This document shows, piece after piece, positions 39,801-52,822 of a DNA stretch of 64,000 nucleotides; position 1 is the stretch's first letter, and each line of letters starts with the position of its first letter. A model generated the notes under the pieces. That model saw nothing but the letters and a program-made list of their open reading frames with translations, did not search any database and was not told the origin of the DNA. A program made the position numbers and the translations under genes. Source of the stretch: Lama glama (taxonomy: Eukaryota); contig CM052816.1 in assembly GCA_028534125.1 (NCBI GenBank), positions 94,738,001 through 94,802,000 on the forward strand, given 5' to 3'.

Positions 39801-41824
39801 ACCAGCCACACCTGGTTGCCCCCTTCCCCACTGCAGCCAAGATATTCACTTCTTCACCAAGAGAGAGATCCAGGAACCAGAAGATGGCTGATCAACTTTA
39901 AGCTGCAAACAGATATTTAAAAGTGGTTAACTAAATTTTAGTTTGCCAGTAAGATTCTTTGATTTTAAGAAGCCAGGCTGTGATGTAGATAGAGGGAGAA
40001 GACTTACGGGGTCCCCAAACCACATCTGGAGGCTGACCGGAGAGCAGGCAGGAATCCAGAGAGAACACCGGAGCAGACTTCCTGAATTCTGGAAAGAAGT
40101 TGAAGGATCAGGTAGGAGTCAGAGGGTCCGGAAATTCAGAGGCGGTGAGTCTGGAGTTTGCCACTGCCTGGGACCCTCAGGAAGGCACCCAGCAGGCCCC
40201 ATCCCCTGCCTGGGGTTCAGCCAGGTTGGGTAGGGGTGACATGTCAGAAACCCCAGAGAGGAGCTGGTGGCTGTCCCAGGTGGAATTCTGGGAGGGCCCA
40301 AGTAGAGTGGGACAGCAGCCTGGCGCGGTGGGACCTCCCCTCTCCTGCAGGGATTCCAGACACTTCCACAGGATCCCTGCAGAAGGGTCCGGAGTATCAA
40401 GGGCCTGAAGGAGAAAGTGGGACCAGGAAGGCCAAGAGGGGTGCTGTCCTTGAGGCTGGAGTCCCTGCTACCCTTGGACCTCGGCACCGTGGAGCCCGCA
40501 GCCCTGCTCCCTGCCGATGACCCATGTCCTGCTCAGGGAGGAGAGAGGGGGAGGGGAAAGCACTCTGAACAAGAGGTTTTTCCTCTGGGTGACAGGGATG
40601 AAAATCAGACATGTCTCTCGGAGTTGACTGGAACTGAAAAAGCACCAGATTCTGAACAGGATGGAAGAGAGTGTCAGACTCAAGCGAATAGAGAAGCTCT
40701 GGAACCAACTGGTGTTTATTGAGAGGAAAAGGAGGCAGTCGCTTTTCTGCACCAAAGATTAGTGATGTTCAGATTTCCACCTGCTCCAGCAGGATGCAGT
40801 CAGGACGAAGGGAGCTGTGGAGCACAGGCAATGCCGGCGTCCTGTAATCCTCCACAAGGAGGAGGGTGGAGGGGGGTGGAAATTGATTTTAATAGTGTTT
40901 TGAAGTGGAGATAAAGTTATCCTGGAAGGATAAAACACCAAGCTGTCCAGGGTGCTGGGGTGGGAGGGGGGGGAGTGGTGCCAGTGCCTCACAGGGTAAG
41001 AGGGTCATGAGAGGGGGACCTGCTGGGGCGAGTCACCGGGCAAGTCAGAGGGAGAGCACAGATGAACCTGGGCCCCGGGACGGGACGCTGTCCGCATCTG
41101 AGAGCCGCGGGCCTTTGTCTTTGAAAGTAAAGGACGACTCCCCAGGTGTTATGAATGAGGACTGACAGAATCAGGGCTGAGTTGTAGGAAGATTACCGTG
41201 ATTACAGCGTGTGGGATGGAGGGAGGGGTTGGATCCGGGCGCCGTCACCAGAGATGACTTCGGGGTTTTAAACCTTAGAAAACAAAGTTATAAATAGAAG
41301 CCATGAAGGCAGGAGGAGGAATTAAGTCTGAGGGGAAGATAAGGACGCACTTCAGCTGTGTCAGACAGGCTGCAGCAGTTCAGTCAGTCAACACAAGTGT
41401 TTTGAATGCCTCCTAGGCGCCAGGCGGCCTCAGCGCTCGAGTTGCAATGAGCAAGGCACTGAAGGCTTTCAGACCCCACGGGAGCAGGAGCCCTGCTAGT
41501 GGGTAGCTGGGTTTACTTCTCTTTACCCACCACCCAGCCCACTGGAAGAGCTCAAATATTTGTTAATACATGAAGCAGATAGACTGTGGTACATCCAAAC
41601 GGAAGATCTAAGCCATTACAAATGTTGCCTGCATTTGCATTATTATTAATTGCTTCTGATTGCTTTTGCCTTGAATGCAGCTAAATTCATTTTTCAAACT
41701 AAAAAAGAAACTAACACCTATTTAAACATTAACAGAGACTTCACATTGCTTGCAGTTCATCACTAATTTTGAGTTTTGGGTTAATGGAGCCTGGGCGGGA
41801 CTGTGAACCTACGTTCCCTAAATC

Positions 41825-42012
41825 CAGATTGACAGATCCGGCCCACAGCCGGAGTTTTAAATAAAGTTTTATCATAGCACAGCCATGCTCTCTTTTTAGT
41901 GTATTGTCTGTGGCTGTTTTTGCACTACAAGGAGGAGCTGAGTAAGTGTGAGACTGTCCCACAAAACCTCAAATCTTTCTGGATCTTTCCAGAAAAAGAT
42001 TGCTTACCCCCT
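41825..42012 (+). mobile_element. MER58A-like hAT MITE
   Basis: aataaagttttat ... cacagccatgctc ... gtattgtctgtggctgtttttgcactacaa ... gaaaaagattgcttaccccctg. Confidence 0.8.
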
Positions 42013-42402
42013 GCTTCTAAACCAATATGTGGTAAGTTACAAGCAGGTTTGCAAATGCAGTAGATTGACAGCTTGATTTAAAAAAAAATGTAATTATAAT
42101 CTAAGTAAAGGGTCATGTTTCTCAGGCATGCAATTTAAAATACTAATTACACAACATTTTCACATGCGGTGATTAAAGCAGGGCTTTTAATAGGCAGCAC
42201 TGTGAGTCCAATGTAATGAATGTACTTAAAAGTGATAAATTTTCTTTATTCTGCAAAATCTTCTCTAATCCACGTTTTTTATGTAGTTAAACCAAACTAT
42301 GTACTGATGCTTTCTTATGGAACTGATTTTTTTCCTGTAGAAAATTGTTTATTGAGCACCATTTAAGAGGAGCATAAAAGGATTCCACTTTAAAAGCTTC
42401 AG

Positions 42403-42465
42403 CAACACTCACACTTACCCTAAAACTAACACTCACCCTAACCCTAACCCTAACCCTAACCCTTA
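42403..42465. repeat. Short interstitial telomeric-type repeat (CCCTAA)n
   Basis: Four perfect CCCTAA units at 42436-42459, preceded by in-phase degenerate hexamers. Confidence 0.85.
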
Positions 42466-44006
42466 GCTCCTTGGCCCGTTACTCTCTTTACCACATGTCC
42501 ATCACAAAGCGGGCCTCATGTAGTCTAATGGGAGAATAAGAAGTTACTCCTTTCAACATTGCCTCCACCAGTTGGCCCCTTTGCTTTGTGCTCTGCGTCC
42601 GTGAACACATGCGCGCACACACACGCACACCCATAACCATATGCTCACACACACACACTTCTCTGTGGTTTGGGTATTATCTCACGGACATGGACTCTGA
42701 TCTCGTCTCACTTCATTACTGACTCAAAAGCAGAGAAAGAGAGGATAAAACCACTTCTGAGTGTGGCGTGTGGGAAGAGTCAAGATAAACCATGGAGACT
42801 AATTTGACCCCAGGGACTGATAAGTGACTTGAGGCAGTTCAGGAAAAGAGCCTTGAGGTCTCACTTTGAGCAAAGTAGCTTCATCTCCCTGGCACGTGGC
42901 GTCCTCAGGGGCCCACTCACGTCAGGGACAGCAGTCACGTCGGCGGGCACCTCCCGGAACTCCGGGACACTGTGTTGTCCCGGAGAGGGCTACAGACGGG
43001 AAGCGCAGTCCCCGTGAAGGTGGTAATCCTCAGTTTTGAAGCAGAATGTGGAGCTGTCACTATGAAGACTGGATTGTATGAATTTGAGATCAAACTTGGT
43101 TCTCTCTACCTTTTCATTGGGCACAACGCAAGCCCAGCCTTTCAGGCATTTTGACTCAGCAACACAGTGAAAGATCAAAGCATCAGACAGTCCTGTGCAT
43201 ACGTGTGGATATAAAAGCACACCCTACATTTTAAAGATAGCTGTGCCTTGCATAACAGGGCCCAAGGTGAACCCGTACGTTCTGTAAAGATAGCAGATCA
43301 AGAAAGCTAAATTCTTCCTGTTTCCAAGGCAACTGAATGATGAATAGCTTGATTCTTCATCCAATGGATGATATGATGATTCTGGTACCTTTTCAATTAA
43401 AAAATGGCTATAGAAAAACAGACACCCCTGCTTCACCCCACGCGGCCCAGGGAGCCTATTTTCCTAACAACGTTGATGGAAGCATCTGGCTTCTGATCTA
43501 TTGCCAGATAACTCAAGGCAGAAAAAAACTATGGAGATAATCTGGTAACTATGTATAATGCATTGTCATACTAATGGCATGGGACGGGTTCCAGTGCCTG
43601 CCTTCCTCGGTTTATATATGCTTGAGAAAATATGCTGATGGAGAAAAGAGAAAGAGTGGTTAACTCCCACTGGGGAATTAGGAAGACTACAGACCAGACA
43701 TTTCCACCAAGCTTTGAAGGATGAGTCGGGTTTGGAGGTGGAGGGAGGGGAATGCAACCCTGGCGGACAGAGTGGGAAAGATGCTCAGTGACGGCAGCCA
43801 GGGGTCCGTTTGCGGGGCTTGGTCCTGTGATGGAAAGAAGGATGGGCACGTTGGAGAGAACACTGAGGTTTTAGAAATTACCATTTTCAGAAATGTGGGC
43901 ATTATTCTTGCAGGCAGAGTGATATCAGACTTAATTTTAGAAATAGACGTCTAGGAGCAGGATGAATAAAAGAAGGAAGGGATGAAGCAGAGAGTCCATT
44001 CTTTTT

Positions 44007-44091
44007 TTTCTTTCTTTTAAAACTTTTTTATTGACGTATAATTGATTCATAAAGTTGTGTTAATTTTTGGTCTACAGCATAGTGATTCAGT

Positions 44092-44123
<32 letters not shown>

Positions 44124-44763
44124 CTTTTTCATATTCTTTTTCATTATAGGTTATTAGAAGATACTGCAGATAGTTCCCTGTGCTATAGGGTAGGACCTTG
44201 TTGTCTACCTATTTTATATATAGCAGTTAGTATCTGCTAATCCCAAAATCCTATTTTATCCCCCACTCTTCCCCCTTTGATAACCATAAATTTGTTTTTA
44301 TGTCTGTAAGTCGGTTTATGTTTTGTAAATTCATTTGTATCATTTTTTAGATTTCGTATATAAATGATATCATGTGGTACTTCTCTCCCTCTTTCTGGCT
44401 TACTTCACTTGGTATGATCATCTCTAGGTCCATCCATGTTGCTGCAAATGGCATTATTTCATTCCTTTTTATGGCTGAGTCGTATTCCATTATATACATA
44501 TACCACAGCTTTTTTATCCAGTCATCTGTCAATGGACATTTAGGTTGTTTCCATGTCTTGGCTGTTGTAAGTAGTGCTGCAATGAACATTGGGGTTCATG
44601 TATCTTTTCAAATTAGAGTTTTCTCCAGATACATGCCCAGGAGAGGGATTGGTGGAGTCATATGGTGAGTCTATTTTTACTTTTCAAAGGAATCTCCACA
44701 CTATTCTTCATAGTGACTGCAACAAATTACATTCCCACCAGCAGTGCAGGAGGGTTCCCTTTT
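44007..44763 (-). mobile_element. 5'-truncated L1 3' end with 19-bp TSD; contains (TA)13
   Basis: ORF2 C-terminal remnant MFIAALLTTAKTWKQPKCP...WIKKLWY...MPFAATWMDLE. TSD cagagag[t/a]ccattcttttt at 43988-44006 and 44764-44782, followed by aa (TTTT/AA endonuclease site). Confidence 0.93.
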
Positions 44764-47116
44764 CAGAGAGACCATTCTTTTTAATTCACCCACATGTTTA
44801 CTGAGAACAACTATTTGCCCATATCTACCCTCCAACTTCGGTGCAAATCTGTTCAGTCATGTTCAACTGAACCTGCACGTCCCTGCGCCGAGCTCGCACC
44901 CGCTCCTGCCTGCACCACTGCGAACCAGCCTCCTCACTGACGTCTTCGTGCATCTTGCCCTGCTCCCTTCTAATGCATTCTTCTCACAGCACACAGAATA
45001 TTTATTTTTAATTATGGAAGTTGACTTGCTCTTCCCCAGTGCAAATCCTTTCTTCATTGTCTTCCCATTACCTATAAGATCAAGTCTGAAGTCATACAAA
45101 AAATACCCTCTAAGAGTGTGCCTGATCTGTCTGCCTGGACCTCATCTCATCCACCTGTCACAACCGCCTTCATCCTGAGCATCCTGAGCCAGCCTGGGAG
45201 GCCTTTGTTCAGTGCCGTGCACGGGCCTGCCTCGTTTCCATCTGAGGCCTTCCTGGGGGCGCATCCCTCGGCCTTGGACACGCCCCACCGTTCTCCCTAG
45301 GCCAACCCTACTCAGCTCTCAGGTGTGCACAAGAGAAGCACGTTCTTATCCGTCACCACCACGTGCCCGTCTAAATCGCATTCTTTATTAAAAGCCTTCC
45401 TGGCGTCCTTAACCTTCCCCCTGGGCGGCGCACCGAGTCCGCAGCTGTGTGCTTCAGGTGTGAGTGTGCCTTGCTGGCGTGGGACGGCCACGGCTTCACT
45501 GTCCGAACCCTGTACCCTGCTCCTGGAGGAACTGAGAAACATGTATGAAAGAAAAGGAGTGGGAGGGAGGCTGCTGAGTGTGGGAAGGATGCATAAATAA
45601 TAAAGGATTCAATAAGTTGTGATCAGTGAGCCACCAGCACCAGCCTGGCCAAGTGGCCACAGGGATGTCATCAAGAAGGGGGAAGGGTGGGAAGCACACT
45701 TGAGAAGCTTGGAAGCTCCTGGGGCCCTGGAAATGGGGAGGGAGCAAGGGAGGGAGACGGGGGCAGAGCACAGGTGTGAAAAGCCAGGACTGGAGGTTGG
45801 ATGCTGTGTTTGCCTCCTGCCTCTGCTCCTTCCTCGCTGTGAGGTCCTGGGGCATCCACTTACATGCTGTGGGCACCAGTTTCCTCATCTGTCAAACGGA
45901 GATGATAGTGATGCTGCCTGCCCCATCAGGGGGCTATGAAGATGAAAAGAGTCAGTGTTTGATAGATGCTCAGAATAAGGCTGTGTCTGTGGTAAGGGCT
46001 ACATCAGCGTGTGTTAATTCACCAGCTCTGGAAGGGAGTGAAGAAGTGAGGGAGGGAGGTGGCCTGGGGAAGCAATCACAGAACCAGAGGTGCTCTTTAA
46101 ACTGCCAGCAGGGAGTGGACAGGATGCTGAGACGCATTCATTCATTCATTCATTTTCATTTGGCAAACACACAGCTCCGGCAGGCTGCAAGGAACTGGGG
46201 ATACAGAGGTTCCCAAACTCACTCCTCCTCCTCATTGGACGTGGGCTGGTGGGGCATGCATGGAGACGTCTGGCCAGTGGAGGGAATGGATGGACGGAGG
46301 AAACTGGTCAAAAAAGAGGGAAAGGAAGGTGACTGATCCCTGACCTCAGGGAACCAGAGGAGATGAACTCACAGCCCAAGAGCAGAGCCAAGTCAGGACA
46401 AGGAGGGCTGGCAGAAAAGGGGAGACTTAACCACGGGATGTGTGGACTGCCTGTTGAGGAAGGGGAGTAATTCGGGGGTGGATTTAGAGCTGAATTCCTG
46501 ACCCCTCTCTTGGAAGGACCTTCCCTCCCACCACTGTTCCTTGTCACTGTTCTCATTTAAAATAAATATTCCTTAAAGAAAAAAACCTACGTTTGTATTT
46601 GTACTTTTAAGTTTTTTATAAAAAGAGACACAAAATTATCGTATCAGTTTCCAGCCCACAAAATCCTGGGTTCTCTGGGGATGAGAAGTGCACCTGTAAG
46701 CAGCATTGAGGTAGTCACGAAGGAGGATGCTACTGCCACGGCAAGGAGGTGTGCATGGGGCGCCCGTGTGTGCACACGCACACATGCGCCTGTGAGAAAG
46801 GCAATGGAGAAACTCATCAAGTTGCTCATTGTGCAACAAGTTGCTTTAATAAAGTACTAATCCTTAACAACCAGTAGATTGGGCACCGTTATCCGCATTT
46901 TAGAAAGAGCACCAAGATTCAGGCTACCCCGAAGAACTAGCCTGAGGTGATGACTAAGCACAGTGAAAGTGGACGGTGAAGACAGGTTGATTTCCCATTG
47001 CCTCACCCTTCCTGCTGATGGGAATTAAGCAGCACCAGGAGAAAAGCAGTGACCAGGAGTATATTCTTGAACGAAGAAGAAGCGGTAATCACTGTACTGT
47101 GGCCAGCAGATAAATA

Positions 47117-47766
47117 CGAGTGGTCCCTGACTTAGGACTGACTTAGAAATTCAGCTTTGTGATGGAGCAGAAGAGCTATGCATTCAGTAGATGCTGTACT
47201 GGAGGTTTTGAATTTTTATCTTTCCTGGGCAGCGATGTGCAGTGTGATCCTCTCGTGATGCTGGACAGTGGCCAGAGCCGCAGCAACCAATCAGCCACGA
47301 CATCACCAGGGTCAACCACCCTTACTGAACCCAGACAACCATTCTCTTTCTCACTTTCAGTCCTGTTGTCAATCAATTACATGAGATATTAACACTTTAT
47401 TATAAAATAGGCTTTGTGTTAGGGGATGTACCCCAGTTGTAGGCGAATTATGTGTCCTGTGCACGTTGAACATAGGCTGGGCTAAGCTGTGATGTTCAGT
47501 AAATTAGGTGCATTAAATGCATTTTATTTTGATGAAGTGTAGTTGATTTACCATGTTATGTTAGCTTCAGGTGTACAGCATGGTGGTTCAGTTAATACAT
47601 GTGTAACATGTACGTATTTTTCCATATTGTTTGTCATTATAGGTTATTACAAGGTATTGAATAGAGTCGCCTGTGCTTAGCAGTAGGACCTTGTTTCGAC
47701 TTAGATATTTGCAACTTCCGGTGGTTTTACTGGGCTGTAACCCCATAGTAAGTCGAGGAAGATCTG
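47117..47766 (-). mobile_element. TcMar-Tigger element (MER47/Tigger5-like) interrupted by an L1 fragment
   Basis: TA dinucleotides at 47115-47116 and 47767-47768. TIR-like ends tggtccctgacttag ... gtaagtcgaggaagatctg. Internal aacactttattataaaataggctttgtgttag and ggctaagctgtgatgttc. Confidence 0.8.
47522..47693 (-). mobile_element. Short L1 3' end nested in the Tigger element
   Basis: agttgatttac ... caggtgtacagca ... ataggttattacaag ... cagtaggaccttg, homologous to the L1 ends at 12980 and 44007. Confidence 0.85.
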
Positions 47767-50235
47767 TACCAATGGCTGAAGTTCGCCGAACGCTCTCCCC
47801 GGTGCCAGACGTCCCTTTCAACAATTAGCATCATTACATTATTAAGTTCTCTCAACAGCCCAGCAAAAAGCGTCATCTTATCACCCATGTTTTAGAAAAG
47901 GAGGAAACTGAGGCTTCAGCTGAGGGGGAACTTGCCCAGAGCCACAGACCTCATGGGAAGAGTTCTGGAATTCAGGGAGGCCGTCTGCTTCCCAAGCCCG
48001 CGCTGGAATCTTGTAGCCCCCATACCGGACTGTGCCTGCTGGATTCCAGGAGCAAACTGTAACAAGACTGAGTAAGCAGGAATTAGCTTTATCCTGATGT
48101 CAGGAGTGATAGTCTTTCTGCCCACCGGAGCCTCAATTTATATCTCTAGTAGCAAACTCAGTTCAGTTCGGCTGTGTTTATAAGAACCTGCTATATGCCA
48201 GGGAATAGTCTAAGCACTGCATAGAAAAGGAGTGAAGTTTCGGGGGCAGCCCATGACCTGGGGATGTTCACAGTCTTGAAGGGAAAGACACACAGAAAAC
48301 ACAGTGACGTAGCAACGTGAGGCACCGCGTGCCGAAGATTGGGTGAGGAAGCCAGCAAGTCCAAGTAGGGTTCAAGGTCTAGCCACCCACCGCCCACCCC
48401 AGGGTGAGCACTCGAGGATGACTCTGTGGGGCACGTAGGTCAAGAGGAGGGACGGGGTCTCCGGAGGAGAGAGGGCATCTGAAATGGCCCTCTGGCTTCT
48501 CTCTGCATTTGGGAAACCAGCCAGGGGCCGCCCCAGGATGCAGGGGGGCATAATGCTGGGCATTTTCACCTCCTCACCTTGCCAGGAGGTGGTTTCCCCC
48601 TGCTGCCCTCAGCCGCCCAGGCAGCTCGCAGAGCTGGGGAGCAGGGGCTGCCTTTGGAGTTGGACGTGGCTCTTCAGCATGGTCTCCTCTCTAGTAACGG
48701 TCAGTAGAGAGCTGGTGAGCTTAGCAAAACTTTTCTTCCTGCCTTTCTCTAAGTCACCCAGAGGCAGGTGAGCCCAGTTCTTCTCACATTCAGTATTGAT
48801 GGGATTTGCTGCCAGCCCCCAGCCTCGCACCTGATTCTCTCTCCCACGACACCAGACAAATAGCTTAGGAGTGGACTGTGGGGTATAAGGGAACAACTTC
48901 CTTTGTTGAAACCAGAGCACATATCTCCAAGATTTCAGCCCAGAGGGTGAGAAGGACCATCTCCAGGTCAGGGAGGGCTCTGTAAGAACCACACCCTCTC
49001 CATCTCCCTTGACCTTTCCCTCTGCCTACAGCCTTCCCTCTGATTAGGGGTGATGGTCACACCCACCAACTAGGAGAGCACCACCTACCCCGAGAAACAC
49101 AGCCCCCCTTCCGTCCCTCCCTCTTGGAACAGATGAAACAGGCCAACCTCTGGGGGAAGAATTTTATCCACAAATTGCAGAGAGCAGAGACCAATGAATG
49201 AGAAAGCAAAAGCCGGACCACTAGCCTAGGGAAGCGACTTTAGTGTAGGCTTCTGATTGGACTGTGATCTAATTCCCGCACCTGTCCTGGATGCACGCGC
49301 TCCCAGCTGCCCTGTTCCTTCTGAGAATCTTCCCTGCCCTCCTCTGATTTACTCATTTTCCTGAGGACACCCTCAGTCATTCAAATTGAAACCTACCTGG
49401 ACTAGAACATAACGGGGCAGTAAAGGTCAGCGCGCTCCTGGAGAAAGTCACCTCTGTGGGAAGGATGAGCGGAAAATCCAGAGCAACTGAGTCTGCAAAG
49501 AGCCATCTTTTCTTCTTCCCGGGGGACAGGAGGGACAGGAACGGGGTGCTCTTCCAGTGCTTGTAATGAATATGTAGTATGTGATTTTAATACAAAAATG
49601 CACATTTTAGGGTTGAAACAGAAGTGTTTTAACACATTCCCTGTCCTTGCAAATTGCCCTTGACTGCAGTGCTGAGTGAAGGATCATTCCTAAGGATCTA
49701 AAATATTGTGCTTTTTTTCTCTCCTAAGAATGAATCTTCAGGAAACAAAAATGCATTGTTGTATATTTTTTAGAGTCTTGGAGAGGGGCAAAACGAGGGA
49801 AAAATCATCAAGTTTGAGGGAATCCTTTAAGAACAAGCTGTTCATGGCTGTTTGCATTAAATTTTTTAAATGATAATGCAGACCTTTCATGGTCCACACC
49901 TCAACCCATAGTCCTGGAAGCTCAGGCTTTGGAATCTAATTGATCTCCTAGTTCATTTCAGCTACTTCAGTTGAGAGGATCAAACCTTTTTCCTGTTTGC
50001 TGGACCCTGGGTGAGGAAGCAGATGTGGACGGATCACATACGAAGATACTTATTCCTGTTTAGTTCTTTTTTATTCCTCCCCCCACCATCTGTAATCCCA
50101 GGGGAAGCCTGTGCTGCAGACTCGTCCTGTCCGAGGACAGCATCCCTCACAAAAGCCTGCTACACTGGAGAGGATGGGAGGGGGATGGGGGGCTGCTCAG
50201 AGGAGGAGAGGCTGCGCAGATAGTGGGGCAGGGCT

Positions 50236-50414
50236 GGGGCTGCCGGAGAAAATACAGGATGTCCAGTTAAAATTCAACTTCAGATAAACAAACACATTTT
50301 AGTTTAACTGTGTTTCAAATATGGCATGGGACATACACTAGAAACTGCCTGTTTGGCTGAACTTCCAGTTGAATTGGGTGTCCTGTAGTTTTATTCGCTA
50401 AATCTGGAAATGTC
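50236..50414. mobile_element. MER53-like palindromic hAT MITE (second copy)
   Basis: aaaatacaggatgtccagttaaaattcaacttcagataaaca ... tgggacatac ... gggtgtcctgta ... tttattcgctaaatctgg. Confidence 0.85.
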
Positions 50415-52822
50415 TGGGCTTGGGGGGTGCAGTGTGGGTGACTGGGGGTTCTGTAGTCAGTGAAGCCCCAAGCCTGGTCATCACACTGGAAACCTTCAGG
50501 GGAGAAGGAGCAGGTGGGGAGGCTGCCTGGACCCGAGGAACCAGGAAAGCATGACAGTGGGCATCTTTGAGGCTGCCGGTGATGACCAAGGACCGGCGGG
50601 TCACCAGGCAGAATAGTTTCCTCTGCTTAAGAATTCTCAGCCTTTATATACTCTTCTGCTCCATCCGCCTTCCCTGCCTTTCAGTGGAGGCGGGGCTAGT
50701 TCCCACCCACATTTGCTCCTCCAGGACCACAATCCCACTCTCATCTGCTAGAGACCAAACCTACACCCCACTCAGAAGAGCAGGGAACCGTCTCTGTTTT
50801 CCCCATTCGGGAAATCTGAGTGTTATCCGCCTGATTCATGATGCCATGGGCAGGGGCGATAAGATCATCCATCCTGCAAAGGGGTCTTTGCTCCCCCAGA
50901 GGCCACAGACTCTACAGCATCAAACTCAGAAGCGAACAAATGGATGACAACAACCAGGAAATGGGATTATTTCTTTTGAGAGCATCATGTCTAATGTCTT
51001 CATGTGTATGTTTCATACCCATCAACCAGCCGCCGCTTTTACCTGCTGCGTCAGAGTAATGAGACGCACTGGTGCTGGAAGTGATTGTGTAAAGATACGT
51101 GACTGTGTAAGGATCCAAGCTGGCTGCAGGTGCCAAGGTGTCTGCATGGCTGGCAAGGCCCCGGCATTCTGCTTGTCGAGACTGGGCAGTTGTCTTCCTC
51201 GGTGGTCTCAGTCTGGACGTGCCCTCAGCAAGGGGTCAGACCCGTCTCAGCAGAGGAACCCAAGGTTTTCTGGACACTTGTCATGGAAACATGACACAAG
51301 TTGATAGATTTATCAGCTGTACTGTAGTAAGGGGCCACCATACACCAGGCACTGTTCTCAAGTGTTCACCAAATACAGCTCACTTTAATTCTCACAAAAC
51401 CCTGTGGAGGACTATTCCTGGCCCTGTTTCGCAGCTGAAGAAGCTGAGACGCAGACACACGTGTCACTTGCAGCATCATTCAGACTGTATATCATGGAGT
51501 TTGGGTTCATGGGGGGCAGCCCATGCCAGTGAGGCTCACTTCCATACCGACTGTGCAGAAAAGCCTGGCATGAGCAATTTGAAAATCCTCCTTTAGGAAT
51601 GTGTTTGTGGATAAAATCGGCAGAAACAAGATCATGGGATTAACAGAACTAGCTTGTTGAGAGACACAACTAAATGAGAGATAATCCAATTATTTAGACA
51701 TTTTCAAAGCGAAGTATACAGGGTTTAGGAGAAAGGAATTTTACTCTTCAGATTTCGATGTTGCTTTCCAAGCTTTAGCATCTGGTCAGGGAACAAGAGA
51801 CAACCATTTACTTTGTAAGGATTTTGTATCGTTTAAAAATCGTCATGCTTTTGGTAAGGCATGAAGCTTTGATGACTGGATGCCATTACAGTGACATAGT
51901 TCCTTAGGTGCAATTTACCAACTTAGAAATGTGATGTCATTCGGCAGAAGTAGAGAAAGGTGACTTTGTAAGGCTGTGCTCAGCACCAAAGCCCTTTATC
52001 AGCCAGCTTGTCCAGAGTGTAAGGTGCTAACTGACATTCAAACATCAGGATGGATGGTGTTTTCCTCCTGTCTCAACTATCACTATAAGTTTTGAGGTGA
52101 AAGTAATTAAAAATATAGTCTCTTGGAAACCTGTCAGATGATGGTAAGTGGAATAAATTTCTGCATCTTGGAATGAAATCCATACTCAGGCATCCTTTGG
52201 CCTATTATTTCATTGTCTCCAGCTCTTCCATTCAAATCCTTGGGGACAGTGGTTCTCAAAATATGGGACTCCCACTCGTTCTTCTAGACTTAACAATTGC
52301 AGAAGAACTCAAAGAGCTTTTGTCTGTGTGAGTTACATCTACTAATATGTAGTGTGTCAGGTTTCAAAATTGAGACATGTTTAAATATGGGATTTAATGT
52401 ATTCATTGAGAATTCATTTTAAAGTCATGATACTAAACCCTTATGTATTGATGTACGTATTTCATTTAAAATAACAGTATTTTTCCAAATATGCCATTCT
52501 CGCATATTTTTGAAAATCTCTCTGCTGGCTGGCTATGTTCTCATATCTGCTTCTTTGGTTAGTCTGTTGTAATACGTTTTGTTTGAAATACGTGAGGAAA
52601 ATCTGGCCTCACACAGATATGTAGTTGGAAAAGGAAGGAATGTTCTTATAAATTTTTAGATGATTTTATTCTTTAATATTGCATCAAAACTCTGTAAGTT
52701 GTAGTTTCTTAAAAGTTAGTAGAAACAAGGAATTTTAAAATGCAGCAATGAACTTTTTGTACTGTGTTACATAAATCCACTGCTCGGTCTTGAATGGATT
52801 GTGACTAGCTGAGTGGGTCTCT

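Noticed and set aside
45776..46336. 186-aa ORF
   Set aside because: Crosses MIR and L2 remnants; no recognisable domain or exon structure
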